From: Trichosphaerium sp. ATCC 40318
Taxonomy: Eukaryota > Protista > Tubulinea
Assembly (NCBI GenBank): GCA_038496445.1
Contig: JALMLS010000299.1
Coordinates: forward strand, 62,001-126,000
Length of the DNA stretch: 64,000 nt
Direction: 5' to 3'
Both the position numbers and the translations under genes were made by a program. Positions 47,817 through 62,255 of the stretch are shown one piece after another; position 1 is the first letter of the stretch, and the number at the start of each line of letters is the position of its first letter. The notes below the pieces were generated by a model that was not told the origin of the DNA, ran no database searches, and was given only the letters and a program-made list of their open reading frames with translations.

Positions 47817-50401
47817 TTACATTACATTGAGCAAGGGCATATCAAAAGTACTGTCAGTATATGGGCAACAATCAGGTGCGCCAGGAATCCACTCAAATTC
47901 ATTTCCACGTGGTAGGATCCTTGCAACCAAGTCGCTAAGTGCACAATGATAATTATTGGGCTTATCAATAACCAAAAAACTTCTGCAACAAAATTGCATA
48001 GGATGACCCAATGGGCACTTAAAACCCTCTATTGGAGTCTGACAGAACGGGCACTTGACTTCAGGTATATCAAAGATATCCTCAAGGTCTTTGACGATTG
48101 CAGTAAGTTCTTTTGAGATTGGCTTATCATATTCTTTAAGCCACCTATTCATCATTCCTAAAGATGTTGTTTCTAAAGCTGTCGGTTTGTATTTCTGAGT
48201 TTTGAGCTTATATTGAAAGTTCTTGAAAGCTTCTGTAATATGATATAAAGTCAACCTCGAGAAGAGGTCGTTTTGTTCCTGCTCTAACTCTTCTATATCA
48301 ACAGTAGCAACTCGCATCTAGTCACGTGATTTTGTTAGTGAGTTGGAGACAAAATGATGTGTATGTTACTTACATCTCTTAGAAGAGCCTTGGTTAGGAT
48401 ATATTCAAGCTTTGTTGCACGTATTTTGTGTTCTGGTCTTTGGGAAAGGTGTTCTCGTAACTTTGGAATTAACTCAGGATTACCTCGACACATTTGAAGT
48501 AGATCCCATATAGGAATAGGCGCAGGGCATTCTAGCAACTAGTTAGTCGAATATTTATTAACGTTCTAACGATTGTACGCAATAGGTGATCAAGAGAGTC
48601 AGTTAGTTTAGTTCCAGATAATGACAAACTAACAAAAGTAGTTGTCTCGCCTTTTAAGTCATACATTTGTGTACCACCAAATTTTCTGAATAAACAAAAC
48701 CCTCAATAAATAATGCAAAGTATTATAGTTATACCTCACTGCACAAAAGCAGTAGAATGAATTTGGTGATAATTGCATTCCATATATTTCTGTACATCTT
48801 AGGCTATGAGGTATTTCAGTCGTATCAATCAATTCACCATTAACACGCCATTTCTATTGTAATTCTATTTAGCAACACAAAAAACCAGAGCATGAAGCAT
48901 ACTTGTATTATTCCGTCTTTGCCGGCAGTATATAAAGCAGTACCAGCACGGTCCCACGACATCTTTGTGTTATAATTATGTTAGGAAGTTATAAAAAGTA
49001 TAACAAGCAAACCTGTGTGATGCTCTTGAGGTGTCCAACTAATCATTAGTTAGTGTGGTGTGAGGGTAAATATAGTACCTTTTAACTTTAGCGACTTCTG
49101 GTTATGGTTGTAAATACCAAGACAATTCTCCTTACCAAATGCGAGAATGGGTACAGCCTTAGCTTGTAAATAGATTTACTCACATTTAAAATGACATACC
49201 TCTTCATTGACTGCTTTAGGTGGAGACCAGGCCATAGTCAGCACAATGTGATGATCAGGTTTAACAACCTTTCCGAGCGACAACATAAGAAAAAAATTTT
49301 ACAAAACTACATACTAGATGAACAAGCGATAGGGTGCCTTCATGAGGGCGAAATCTCCATATCTTAACACAACCTGCTTTAGAGATTAGATTCATTCAAA
49401 ATTACTATATTACCATTAGCACTTGCTGTAGCTAGCATGTAACATGGATCTACATCACGAACAGGTGACCAAGAAACAGCTGTGACACTGTGATCATGAG
49501 CAGAACGTTCAATGAATAATTCAAATTTTCGTTCGTGATCAGCTGTCATTTGCCTATTGACACATGTCAAAATTTTGTTTTACGAAATGTCATCAAATTT
49601 AGTACAATGTGTTGTTGGTATGTTTCCAGAGAATCAAAAATTTACCACTACTTGCAGCCAAGTATATCGTACTATTACCATCCTCATCAGGTATAATAGG
49701 TGACCAGCTTATGCCTTCGAAAGGGTTAGAAATTAATGATTTTACAAATATAAAACATACAGTCCACTCTAAGCCGTGTACTGATATTCTTGTATTCCTC
49801 GCCATTCTACCATTATATATTAGCTACACACCCATAAACGAGAGCATACTAATTTCCTTTTGCCAACTAGGTGTTTGTACAGAAGTGATGACAGCTCAGC
49901 GACAGGCTCTGGCGAAGGAGGCGCGAATATTAAAATACGATATCGTGTGTCAAGTGCTGCCAGCAAGCACACACCTGGAGAGCCTATAGGATCGGACCAA
50001 CTAAGAGTGGTGAGAGTAGTAGCGGTATGTAGGTGTACCAAGCCGTCTTCCACAGTGTACCATATTCTGACTCTGGCATTATCACATCAAAAAACGTGTA
50101 AGGTTCTTTCTGACCTATAGACGCATGAGAAGATAACCAACGAGGCGGCGTACCAATTTGTTGCGCGCTAAGTTTATTTCTTAACAAGTCGTTAATACCA
50201 GAAGGCCAAACGCTTGAAGTAGCTAGTTGTAAGCTATTTGCTTGCTCTGGAAAGTCCTAAACAAAGTTAGAATTATTTTTATTGTATACATGCCTTGAAA
50301 GAAAGTGAGGCGCTGGTTACAACTACTAACTGATCTCTGAGCGATAAGGACAGTGCTTTTGGGAAAGCAACCGTGTCTATTAATTGCTCGTTATACTCCA
50401 T
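47817..50401 (-). CDS. WD40 + C-terminal zinc-finger protein, TFIIIC subunit 4 (GTF3C4/Tfc8)-like
   Basis: WD-like strands (TLSWSDP, GISWSP, VTAVSWSP, MAWSP); C-terminal CPFC...CPLGH...CCRSF...CPY. Confidence 0.65.
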
Positions 50402-50530
50402 TGTATTTCACCCTGCGTATAGCTGTGCTTGTACGTTAATCATAGCGATGAATTTTGACAAGAAATTTAACACTTTTTTAATTTTTGGCGGCCACAACAG
50501 CTTTGAATTGTCTTAATTGATTATGAAGGC

Positions 50531-51900
50531 ATGGCAACAAATCCTACAGTTGTTTCCAAATGTTTAGAGCTTGAGTTACCATTCAATGTCCAAAGCCTTG
50601 CTGTTGGTCACGTTTTCTCCCTCGAGGACGTTGTTATAGCGTTTGGAACCCATGACGGCAAAATACACCTATTTAACAAATCGAAGGCACTCAACTACGC
50701 GTAAAGCGCCATTTCTAACGTAAACAGGAGATTTTAGCTCTAGAGACAAAAGGAGGCTCTATAACGCAACTAGTACTCAAAAATGTCACTCAGTTCGGCG
50801 CAACAGACATCGTAAGCGGTGATAATGAAGTGCGTTACCGATTTTAATAAAGCTCATTTTTATTCACTAGGGAAACGTGCTTATCTTCCGTGAGAAGCAA
50901 GTACTTGGCAGATACTGTGTCAACAATCCAATAGAAACGATAGCTATTGATGAGACAACTGGTACATAAACAAAAATAATAATAAAAAATAAATCTGACA
51001 TATTTATGACAGATGCAAAAAGAATAGTAGTAGGAGACACTTGCGGAGTATTGTCTGGCCTACAAACCCACGAACACTTATACACAACTCACCTACAAAA
51101 TGACGCCGCCTTGGTGGCACTTGGACAAGGACAGGGCAGAGTCGGACAAGATGTACATCTACTACAATTTTGTAACTGATGTAACTAAAACCAAAACTCA
51201 TAGGTAGTTCCACAAACAACAAAAATTAATGTTCTGGCATCATGTGTTCTTCAAAACGGAGAACAAACTATGCGATATCTCTTAGTGGGTAGTGCTACGC
51301 CATTCTTGCATTTCTACAGCAATGGTACTCGTGCACATTCTTTAGACTTACCAGCTAAAATTACAACAGTAAGACATCAAATTTTTTTTGGATAACAAAT
51401 AATTTTTTGAACTAATGTTGAGTAGGCTTGTACTTTACAAGCAAATCAAAAAAATGTGATACTTGTTGGTTGTGATGATGGATTCATTTACGTTGTTGAT
51501 AACTTATTGGTACAAGGTATTTTTGCAAATGTTGGGTTTGCTGTGTCAAAGTTACTTCTATATTCGCCGACAGCAAACGCAGCCACACAGTACGTTCTAT
51601 TGAATTGTTTTGTAACTTACACGACGTCAAGGTGGGTAATAGCCCTTGGTCACTTTAATGGGTTTAAAATTTTTGATGTGACAGGTGTACTTGTAGAGTT
51701 TGTGCTTACTGATGACTGGGTGAGAACAAGTTTACTATTTGCGTACTCTCTCAAAGACTTACTCTTTTTTTTCTTGCTAGGTAAGTCACATCGCAACTGG
51801 AGATATCATGGGCGATGGGGAAAATAAAATAGCTGTAGTATGTAATGATAATACGTGTAGTGTATACGCTAGAAGTGAAGAAAATAACATGTCATTGTAA
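50531..51900 (+). CDS. Beta-propeller protein (FG-GAP/ITFG2/BBS-like)
   Basis: Repeated blades FGTHDGKIHLF, VSGDNEGNVLIF, LVGCDDGFIYVV, IATGDIMGDGENKIAV. Confidence 0.6.
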
Positions 51901-51981
51901 TAAGTCAGGTTGGTTAAGGCAGCTTTTTTTCGTATTTGTGCTGTATTTGCTATTGGTGACACTTGTAAAGGTCAGCGTAAT

Positions 51982-53940
51982 ATGTCCCATGAAGGAGCGG
52001 CCATAGGTATGTGATTGTGTTATTTTCTGTACAAAAGGAGCATTTCCTCCACCTGTTATTATCTGGAGAGGTTAAATTGCGCTGGCGCGTATATACGTGC
52101 GTTTCTTACTCTGTTCTAGAGCATAAACGGTTCAGGAGACACTACCTTATCAGCAAGGCTGAATTTGCGAAAAAACTATATAAGGCACCTGATAAGAAAC
52201 AATTTCACAAATGGAAGGGCTACATGAACAAACAACAAGTCTACTTTGCATATTTTTTATTTTTTCTGATGGGTGTACGTCTTATAGGCTTTGACGCTCA
52301 TAAACGTCATCGTTTGTGAATCCCAACATAGCAATCAATGATCTGATCTTATTGATTTTTTTTTAAACAGACTTGCATTGGCCTACCTTTCGCGTTACTG
52401 CGTGCTGCAGTTGTAGTCTTGAACGACATATTCGACAGACAATTTTTTCCTGCATTTCTTACAGCCTATCTCATCCCGCTAGGACTTTCGTATTACTTTC
52501 TTACTGTAAATATTGAAAGGACAGACGAAAAATGCGGAAACAGGAAAGCCTACGTAAGAACTAAACTAGCATGGCTCACGCGCTCTCTAAGCTATCTTAT
52601 AGACAATCCGTATAATTCTAGCGTTTTTAATGATTGCATCCACAACTGCAGCAATGGCTTATACTGTAGCCAATGCGGAATATGGAGCAACAATTGCGTG
52701 CGTACAGATGAGGTTGTTTGTATTCTAACGTCGGGCTAGTTTGTCGAGTATTCTAGGATTTTTTGTTGGTATTGCATTTGGTTCTCTAGTTGGCCTTGGT
52801 ATGAATTTTCCAGGTATAACAATGGCACGTGATATTTTTTATGTCAAAATTTTCTTTTCCTAAAAACAGCCGTAGGCTATTTTTATACTTGGTTTTGTTT
52901 TTGGATCTACTGTCGTTGCCTTGTATCTGTACCTATTCCTATCTATGTTCGCCCCTTCTGTTGGCAAAGATCAGGTATATGCATACCTAGGCTCAGGTAC
53001 GATGTTCAACTAAAGTAGATGACATTAACTAATATAGGTGCTACACTAATATTTCTTTGTACTGGTGTGTACATAGCTCTAATACAACTCGACGTGTACG
53101 AAAAGAGTGTAAAGGTTAAAGAAGGGTACGTGTATTAGAATGGCATTGATCTTACTTGAAATAGACATGGTCACTTCATACCTCATCACTTGCATATCAT
53201 CAAGAAGAAGAAAAAGGACGAAGAAGCACAAAATGAGCCTCCAGTAGAGTTGGAACTACTTCACGCATGTGCTGTTCTTCTGCAGCATCTAATAGCACTC
53301 TTTTTCTTGAGTTTAGAAACGGCTACAACATTGGGCTTACTATCTTTGGTTACATCAAGTTTTAACTTCGCCCAATTCCGATTTGTTGCTATACACTTTT
53401 TTCTTTTTTTTGAAGGAATAGGAAGGTACTAAACAAACCTTTAAAAATATAATTTGTACGCTGAAGAAACCACCCTAGGATTATTGCAATAAAGTTTAGA
53501 GGATTTACATACTTAGGATTAAAGACACATGTACTATTATACGGTATTGTGCTAATTCGTCTAACTGCTACTGGCTTTCTATTTTTTTTTGTTGCAATTG
53601 GCTGGGAACAAGATATTTTTATTTGCATTTTATACTCCTTTTATGGCCTCTCAAGCGGTTATGCTTTCCCAGTTGCACTTGCAAGGGTACACGTGATAAT
53701 ACTATTCTAATATTGTTTTAACCAAGTTAGAGTTTAATGGAAGTGCCTCAGACAGTAGAAAATCGTAGACGAGCTTTTTTTATTGTTTCAACTGTGTTGC
53801 AAGTAGGCGCTGTCATAGGGCTTGCTGGTGTCACGTTGTTTTCACAGCTAACAGATCCTGGAGATCCCACAACCGCACCAGCACCAATATCACCAATATC
53901 ACCAATATCACCAACAACGCCTGGATTGCCGCCGTTCTAG
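51982..53940 (+). CDS. Uncharacterised multi-pass membrane protein
   Basis: Many hydrophobic exon segments separated by short introns; Pro-rich C-terminus ending at TAG 53938-53940; start inferred. Confidence 0.55.
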
Positions 53941-53978
53941 TGATAAATTCTTGTACATAAAAAATAAAACATACGTAA

Positions 53979-55110
53979 TCACGAATCACTTGATTTATTT
54001 TCAGAGGAATTATCTGTTTTAGATGCCTCTACAGGCTTTATAGCATGTAATATATAATTTACAGAACAATCACTGGTTTCAAACCATTGACTCGTTAGAG
54101 GGTTGAATCCTATCCCTGTGACATCTAAAACTTCTAATCCTTCTTTTTTCAACATAGCTGTAAGTGTTTCAACTTCGATGTACTTATTCCAATCATGTGT
54201 GCCAGGTTCTACCCATCTAAGGATATGTTCTGCCGCCAATATAGTAAGTAGATATGATAAAGTTGTTTTGTTTATAGTTGATAAGAATATAGAACCTCCA
54301 GGCTAAGCATACGTCAGAAGAATATGTCAACTTTTAATTTTAATTTTCCTTTCCAAAAAAGGAATATAACACTCACTTTTACGGTGCTAACTAAGTGTTT
54401 AATGAATATGTCTAAATTGTCTACATGTTCGATAACTTCTAGAGAGCATGCTATATCGAAAGAACCCAAAGTTAAATCCTCTAGAGAAAATGTTAACACA
54501 AATAAAGCACGTGTTGCAAAAAGACTTGATTTATTTAATGATACCATACCTGGTGTTGCGTGCAAGTATGTTACATCTTTTAATTTTGGATCAAGTGCCT
54601 TGGTAAGGAGTTAGTGATTTGACTGTACAAAACAATTTTTGGCCGTACTTGGTGCTCTTTTGCTATAGTTATATTTGTTTCACATGCGTCTATGCCTGTT
54701 GTGTTTGCACCTAAGCGGCCAAGCGACTATGGCAATTAGTTAGGAAACTGACGTCTAGGTTTAGTAACCTCAGTGAGAATTCCACAACCACAACCGACAT
54801 CAAGCACGTCAAGATTACCTAGGGCATTTGGTTGCGTATTTGATGCCGTTTGGTTTTTTATGAGCGCGTTTTGTTTCATCATCCTCGTTATATACGGTAC
54901 GCGTAGTAAATTCATCTTGTGTAACATTCCCATTGGCCCTTCATGATCCCACCACTGACTGGAGAGTTTACTAAATTTTGCCATTTCTTCACTTGAAGCA
55001 GTGCCGCCTGTAACTGCACGTCGCGTTTCGGTACATTGTATGCGTTGTGTAGTATTATTGTGACGGGAACAATGCGTTCGTGTACTTGGGCGATAAGTAT
55101 AACGCCACAT
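53979..55110 (-). CDS. COQ3: Ubiquinone biosynthesis O-methyltransferase
   Basis: EMAKFSKLSSQWWD, LHKMNLLRVPYI, LDVGCGCGILTE, SLEVIEHV, AAEHILRWVEPGTHDWNKY; Arg-rich transit-like N-terminus. Confidence 0.93.
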
Positions 55111-55585
55111 GCGTGGTGTAGTCTGTTTGACCGTTGAAGTGTCAATTAAGTTGAGTGGAGCTTATTTCTCCTCAAGCTATTTTCTGGGACTTACATTCTG
55201 TAACAACAAGACTATTGGGCCTAACGCAATACGTGAAGTTATAATTAACACTGACTTCTGCCGCCTAAAATAAAAACGCAGACCTTTCAATTATTCCGTG
55301 TATCGAACGATGCAATAGTTGGCACTCTTGACAAGGAATTTGATAAATAGCCAATAGTACCAAAACATTATTACACTTGTTCAACCTTATTTTTTGTAGT
55401 GTCAGATAGCCTCCATGAGTCCAACAAGCGCATGAAGCTAAGCAAAATGCTGGGCGTTACGCCAGATCTGGATCAGGTTCGTACTTGCGTATATTCGCCT
55501 AATAATATCTAATAACGCCCCAAAGCACTTCGAGGTGAACAAAGAACAATTACAATTCTGGTTTGGCAATACAGATACACGCCAT

Positions 55586-58500
55586 ATGGAGTCTGTCAGC
55601 TCTAAAGCAACTGCAGAGTCTATTGGGGTATTAATGAGGTACAAACAAAACATTTTCAATCCCTGAGTTGACATGTCTCAAAAGCTATGTCCCAAAGATC
55701 GTCATACGCCGGTTCTTTCACGACCAATCTCCATTGGAATTACCGGAGACTGACAAGTTCTGTTCCGCAGTGTTATTCGCAGATATTAGGTAATTGTACT
55801 CCTAATAAACTCTGAAGCTCTAACCTTTTTGTTTTAGTGGTACACAAGACGCGTTTTATCGTTGCTGGTCACTCATCCACATAGGTTTTACTCCGCTTAC
55901 AGAATCCCTTGCAAATATGGGCGCAGAGGGTGTAGAGAAGGCATCATTTTTACACTTTTATTGTGACCTTTTTTTATAATTATATTTCTAGTTAACACAC
56001 CATCTCAATGATTACTTTGGTAGTATTATTGATACAATACTAAGGTGGGGTGGCGATATTGTGAAATTCGCTGGAGATGCTTTATTGGCGATCTGGCCTG
56101 CTTCAAAACGCGCAAGCTTACACACGTCATGCGTAATGGTGCGTTTTTAGCTAGTTTAAGCCTCTACTAATATTTAAAAGGCGTGTCAGTGCGCTTTGAG
56201 TTTACAACAGGAACTTGGAACCTACGTGGTGCAGAAAAACACGCTAAAATTACATGTACAATCGTCTTTAAATGTAGTTTTATTAGTAATCATATTTCAC
56301 AGATTGGTGTATCCGCTGGAGATTTAACCGGTATACACGTCGGTGGCGTACAAGGTAGAGTTGAATACTTCCTGGCAGGAGACCCAATAGATCAGGTGCG
56401 TTCATGAATTTCGGTCTTTTTCGATCTTTTTGTTTTTTACTCGGAACAGGTGAGTTCCTGTGAGGCGCAAGCTGAGCCAGGAGAAACATTTATATCTCCT
56501 CAATGCTATACTGCTATGCGTAATGATTTTGTTGGTATGTTACATTCCGAAAACTCGGAATTGACTTGTTATTTTTGTAGGTGAAAAAATAGAAAAAAAT
56601 TTTAAACTTACAGGTTTAAAAAATACCCCTCTAGCAAGGCGTATACCTGCGTTTCCAAAGTTGATGCCTTATGAGCAACAGTACGCCTATTCTAATGGGT
56701 TCTTCAGTTCGAATGTTAATATTTTAATTAGACTACGTGGTTATGTTCCCAAAGCAGTGTTGATGCATTTACAACATGGGCATAAAAGTCAATATATTGC
56801 GGAGCTTCGTACAGTGTCTGTTATTTTTGTAAATTTAGATGACAGATGCGTGGACGAGGAGGGTACACAGAGGATTCAAAAAGCAGTGAGTTCGATTCAA
56901 AAGACGTTACAACAACTTGAAGGAACAGTAAGTGCACAAGCATTATTATCAAAACCTTACTCTTTTTTGATAGACGCGTCAGTTCATTCAAGATGACAAA
57001 GGAAGCGTTTTCTTAGCTTGTTTTGGACTCCCACCTCTAAGTCATCAAGATGATCCAGCAAGAGCTATCACAGCAGCTATTCACTTTAGAGCAGCGCTTG
57101 AAGAGATAGGTATTCAACCAAAGATTGGTGTTACAACAGGTAGAGCATTTTGTGGTGCTGTAGGGAGCGAACGACGTAGGGAGTATGCTATGGTTGGTGA
57201 CATTGTCAACTTGTCGGCAAGGCTTATGTGCGCTTCTGGAAAGTTCGGTGGCATTCTTGCGGATGAAGCAACCGTTACAGGTATGTTTAAGTTGAATTCC
57301 AGATGTGTTTCAAGCAGTGGCTTACTGTTCTTTTTTTTTCTTAGTTGCTAAAAAACATGGACAAGAATTCCAACGGTTAGAGCCAATAAAAGTAAAAGGA
57401 AAAAAACATCCTATCAATATTTATCTTCCATTGGCAAAGAAGTCTCCAAGTATTCTTAATACTGGAAACAAGCGTCTTTCTAAACGCTACTCAAGAGGAG
57501 AATCAGACCACAATGATGGTAAAGACAAAAAAAAATGCCTGACACTATTAATTACCTTCTAACAAATTTGTATTAGCACTTATTGGAGATCAACACATTG
57601 ATACAATCCGACTCATAAAGTATAAGCTGGCTCTACTAAAACAACGTCAAAAGGGTAATGTTATCATGCTTGAAGGTGAAACTGGTGTTGGTAAAACAGC
57701 TGTTATTATGGAAGTAGTCAAAACATTGGTACGCGAATACACCCTCACACAAGCAAAGAAATTACCTCTTATTAATTAATAATACAGAAACCGTCTATGT
57801 ATGTTGGTACTTGTGATAGCCAGCAACCTATGTTAGGTAAATACTCAACAATCAGTTACTTTCGTAATAGTGCTTACTTGTTTTAAAAGCTTGGTCTGCA
57901 ATCATGAGTTCAGTGTTGCACTTGGAGGCACCTAATATGGATGATGCACAAGTTGGAAAAGCGATAAAAAAGCAATTAGCAAGTACGTAAAACATAGATA
58001 AGAGAAAAAAAATGATTAACCTCATTTCGCTTGTTCTAGACATACCACTCAAAGAAGGCGAAACGTCTTGGATTAAGTATGCTTCCCTCTTAAAGGTAAG
58101 AGGTCCTTACGTGTCACGTTTCTTAAGTGTTATTATAGGAGTTGTTTCCTTTATGTGGCATTGAAGAAACTGAGGAAAGTGCTTGTCTTGCATCTCAAGA
58201 TAGAAGTGAAAAGTTCCAAAGAATGCTTATAAAAATATTAAAAACATTGGTGCCTACAGGGAGTGTTATCACAATTGACGACGCTCATTATATGAATTCA
58301 ACTGAATGGGCACTTACATTGGCTGTATGTCAATCACTAAAAGGTACTTACGCATTCGAGGTTAAACGCTGAAACTGTTTTTTCTAGGAATCTTGATTTG
58401 TATTTCTCTACAACCTCTCACACCTGCTCCATTTGAGTACTCCCAAATGGACCATTGTCGTAACGCACACCATGTACATATTAAAAATCTGTCCGATACG

Positions 58501-61500
58501 GCTTCACGCAGTCTCATGGGAAGGTTCTTTGGTGTGGATCCAAGTAAAGTGCCGAACGATGTATTCTTGAAGATAAAGGAGCTGAGTACGACAAAACAAG
58601 CTTAAGATCACTCAACCTAATCCTTTGCTCTTTAGCACGTGGAAACCCTTTCTTAATTGGAGAATATGTATCTGCAGCATTCGATCAAGGTAATGTAGAG
58701 ATTAAAGATGGAGAGATTGTTAGACAATCAGAGAATGAAGAATTGTCATTACCAAGTAGTGTGCGTCATCATTCAATGAGTACTTCACGTTCACAACTTG
58801 ACTAAATTGTAGCTCTCTCACTTGATAACAAGCAAAGTTGATAGGTTGCCTTTAGTACAACAGACAATTCTTAAAGTAGCCTCTGTTATTGGAAAGACTT
58901 TTGAGGTGGCGCTATTAAAGAAGCTGTTGCCAGATTGTCCAAGTACTTTTATTTAGACTATTTACGAAAAGTTGAGTATTAACTATGTCTGTGTAGAAGA
59001 TAAAGAGCTGTTCCGTCAGTTAATGAGCCTGGAAGAAGCCCAGTTTATAGTATCAGAGGAAGATTCCGACCCAAAACCAGTACCTGTCTTGACGCCGAGA
59101 GGCGGTTCTAAAAGCGCTGCCCAGTTAAATACAAAGAAGATAATTAAGAAGCCAGAGCAATCAAAGCACGTGATTTACAAAAAACGTTCATTTTTTGAAG
59201 AAAAGAATTTTTTTTTGGTTTTTTTCTCTTTAGACTGGCACGTATACTTATGCTTTGTTGGATAGGCCCGAAAGGTATAGATCTTCTCCTATGAAAATGA
59301 TAGGCACTGGTTATAGATTACGGCGTACAGTATCTAAAGAGTCACGCCAGACTGCCTTGTTCAGACACAAGTCAATTTTTCAATTTCGTAACACAACAAT
59401 ACAACAAGTACGTTTTTGAATTATTACTACAGGTTTTTTTATTTACTTACCTTCTTTGAAAAAGGCGATTTATGGCATTATGCTTTTCTCTTTGAGGAGA
59501 GAACTTCATATTAAGGTGGCAAAGTGGCTAGAGACTGAGCACGCATTGATGCTTTCAAGCTACTATGACATCTTAGGTTACCATTACACCATGAGTGGTG
59601 AAGAACCTGCCATAGCTCAAAAATACTATTTAAAAGCTGGTGAGAAGTACCTTGCAGAATTCGCTATAAAGGAGGCTGTAAAGAGGTTCAATCAAGCCAT
59701 TGAAGTTGGTGAGAAGATGGAGGATACAAAAAAGAAACATAAACTAGTTTATCATGGTAAAGAGAAGAAAGAAGCTTTGGATAAAATCATGGATGCTGTT
59801 AAGTTACAGAGGAAGCTTGGAAAGGCTTACTTAAGGATGGGAAAGTATAATGAAGCTGATGAGCATTTACGAGCAGCATTAGCTTGTATGCGTGTATCTC
59901 TAAACAGCTCCTCTAAGCAAACAAAGAAAATCATTAGTACTTATCCTGCAATACTTCAACGAGAGGTTATACTTGCACTTCTGTTGTTGAGCAAACTCCA
60001 CTTTCAGTATGTCGCTTTTCTTACACGTGCAATATTTACCTGTATTTTAGCTCGAATAGGCACGTGTCTGTACATGCTAGCCAGCAAGCACTCGAAATTG
60101 CTGAAAAGTGTAACTTTTGGGATGAACAAAGTGAGGCTTGTGCTCAATGTAGTTTACACAAGTAAGTAGTTTTTAAGTACCCGACATGCACATTATTCTT
60201 TACCATGGTTACAATTCTAATATTTGGTTAGAGCTTTAGCAAATGACCAAAAAGGTGCTATGGGCTTATTGGAGAGAGGCAAGACACTTGCCGGTGACAA
60301 ACTTGCTGTTCTCTCGCATCTGGAGAGAGCACATGGTAATGCGTTACAATTTTTTGGATCATGGAGTGAGGTATGCGTTGTCTATTATCACGTGCGCTTG
60401 TTTAAGGTAAATTAGGCAATCCAACACTACGAAAAAGCTAAGAAAATATGTAAAGAGACAAACAACCACATGGAGTCTGAAGAGATAGAAACTGAGATTT
60501 CTGTACTTCACTTCTTGAAAGGCAACCTAAGAGCTAGTCTTCATTTATCGTCAACAGCTGTAAAGAGCGCTAGAATGAGGTATAAACAGTCAAAAGTAGT
60601 TTCCTTTCTCATTGTTTTATACTAGAGGTGACATTCATTCTCTCATACAAGCCTTAACGTCTCAGGCATTGGTTCATCTACAACTCTGTAATATTTCTAA
60701 GGCGTCTTCAAAGGTAAACACATCACTTCATGTTCTCCAGCAACAACTAAAATTCACTAGGTGGATCAAATACGCGTTGGCTTGCAATCTCTTGGTGCTG
60801 GTGCAGCTATTTCTCATCAATTGAATTACCAAGCACTTGCGGCTCTTGTGCATCAACGAAATTATAGACCAGCAGAGGCTTGGGCTTGTTGTGTTAAAGT
60901 TGAAGAGATTTTGTCTACGTCCAAGCCAGAACCATCTTTTGCTTCATTCCCTGGCTTCACTGTAAGTCACATGATATGATTGCATACCAACAACTGACAC
61001 ATTGTAGCTACTTCCAGAAGTGTACATTGGCTTTTTATTGGATGAGCAAAGACTGACTTACTTGGAAGTTTCTGAAGCTAAGCTTGCTAAAAAAGCACGT
61101 GCATCAATTGCTGAATTGAAGAAGCTTTGCGCTTCGATTAGCATATTTACACCAAGGACACAGCTCCTAGAAGGGTTCATGAGCTATTACCAAGGTACGA
61201 TACAACCTTGAAACTCAAGCATGAACTACAAACCAGTACACGTTGCTAAAATATGCCCAAGGACATGACAATAAAGCTCAGATGTTCTGGAGTATTGGAA
61301 AGCAAATTGCAATGAAGTATGGTATGAAAAACGAACTGGCTCTCATAGGTGTACGTCCACAATTTTATAGATCACGTGATTTTTGAAACAAGAAGAATTT
61401 CTTATTGTACGCGTACCTTATGTTATTCTTTAGGGACATATGAACCTTTGTACAAAGAAACCTACGAACACTATTCTAATTTCATCGTTCCCTAAAACTG

Positions 61501-62000
61501 CTAAAAAGAAAGCATCAAGTCCAACCTCGGTATCTAGAAAGAAAAGATCACGTTCAGGTTCAAGAAGTTCTAGAAGTGCTAAAGGCCCAACACCGCGTCA
61601 ACAGCTGTTATCTATTGAGATAACTTCGGAGTCAAGTACAGGAAGTACAGGGAGTACAAAAGAGACTGCAAAGGAGCGTAAGAAACGTCTTCATAACTCA
61701 ACACCTCTTGAACTTGAAGGTGGTCTTTGGCCGTATAGTATCGATTCACACAAAAAGAAGAAGAAGAAAGATCGGCGGAAATCAACGCGAGCAAGACGTT
61801 GTATGTATTTTTCTTGGTGTTTTTTTGCAAAGTTTTTTTTTTTTGCACGTTTGTGCTCTCTTTATTTACTTTCTTTTTCAACTTATTGTATTCGCTTAGC
61901 ACCGCGGCATGATGCTTTAGATGATCCAAATATTTTACTGAGTAGTCCCAGATCAGACGGTGGATATTCTAGAAAGCATAAAAGTTCTAGAAAATCATAA
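55586..62000 (+). CDS. Soluble adenylyl cyclase-like protein (ADCY10 architecture: two class III cyclase domains, STAND P-loop NTPase, helical/TPR region); start approximate
   Basis: FADISGFT, GGDIVKFAGDAL, RQFIQDDKG, EYAMVGDIVNLSARLM, P-loop GETGVGKT, IDDAHYM, GNPFLI, LKVASVIG. Confidence 0.9.
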
Positions 62001-62255
62001 GGCTTTTTGCGACAAAAAAAACAAAAAAAGAAAGAAAATCATTGGCGTTTTAAAAGCTATGTTCAATAAAAATGTACAGTTGTTAATAATCATCGCGGTC
62101 AGTATACAAGAAAGAGAGTGTATAAGATTTAAGGGTTGTCAGTACACTTTAGAACCTCAACACGTTACGGAACGACGAAGCCCTCAAAAGTAATATCATA
62201 ATTTTGTACAAAGTTGTTTTAGTTTATTGAAACATTTGTCCTGTTGTTATTTCAT

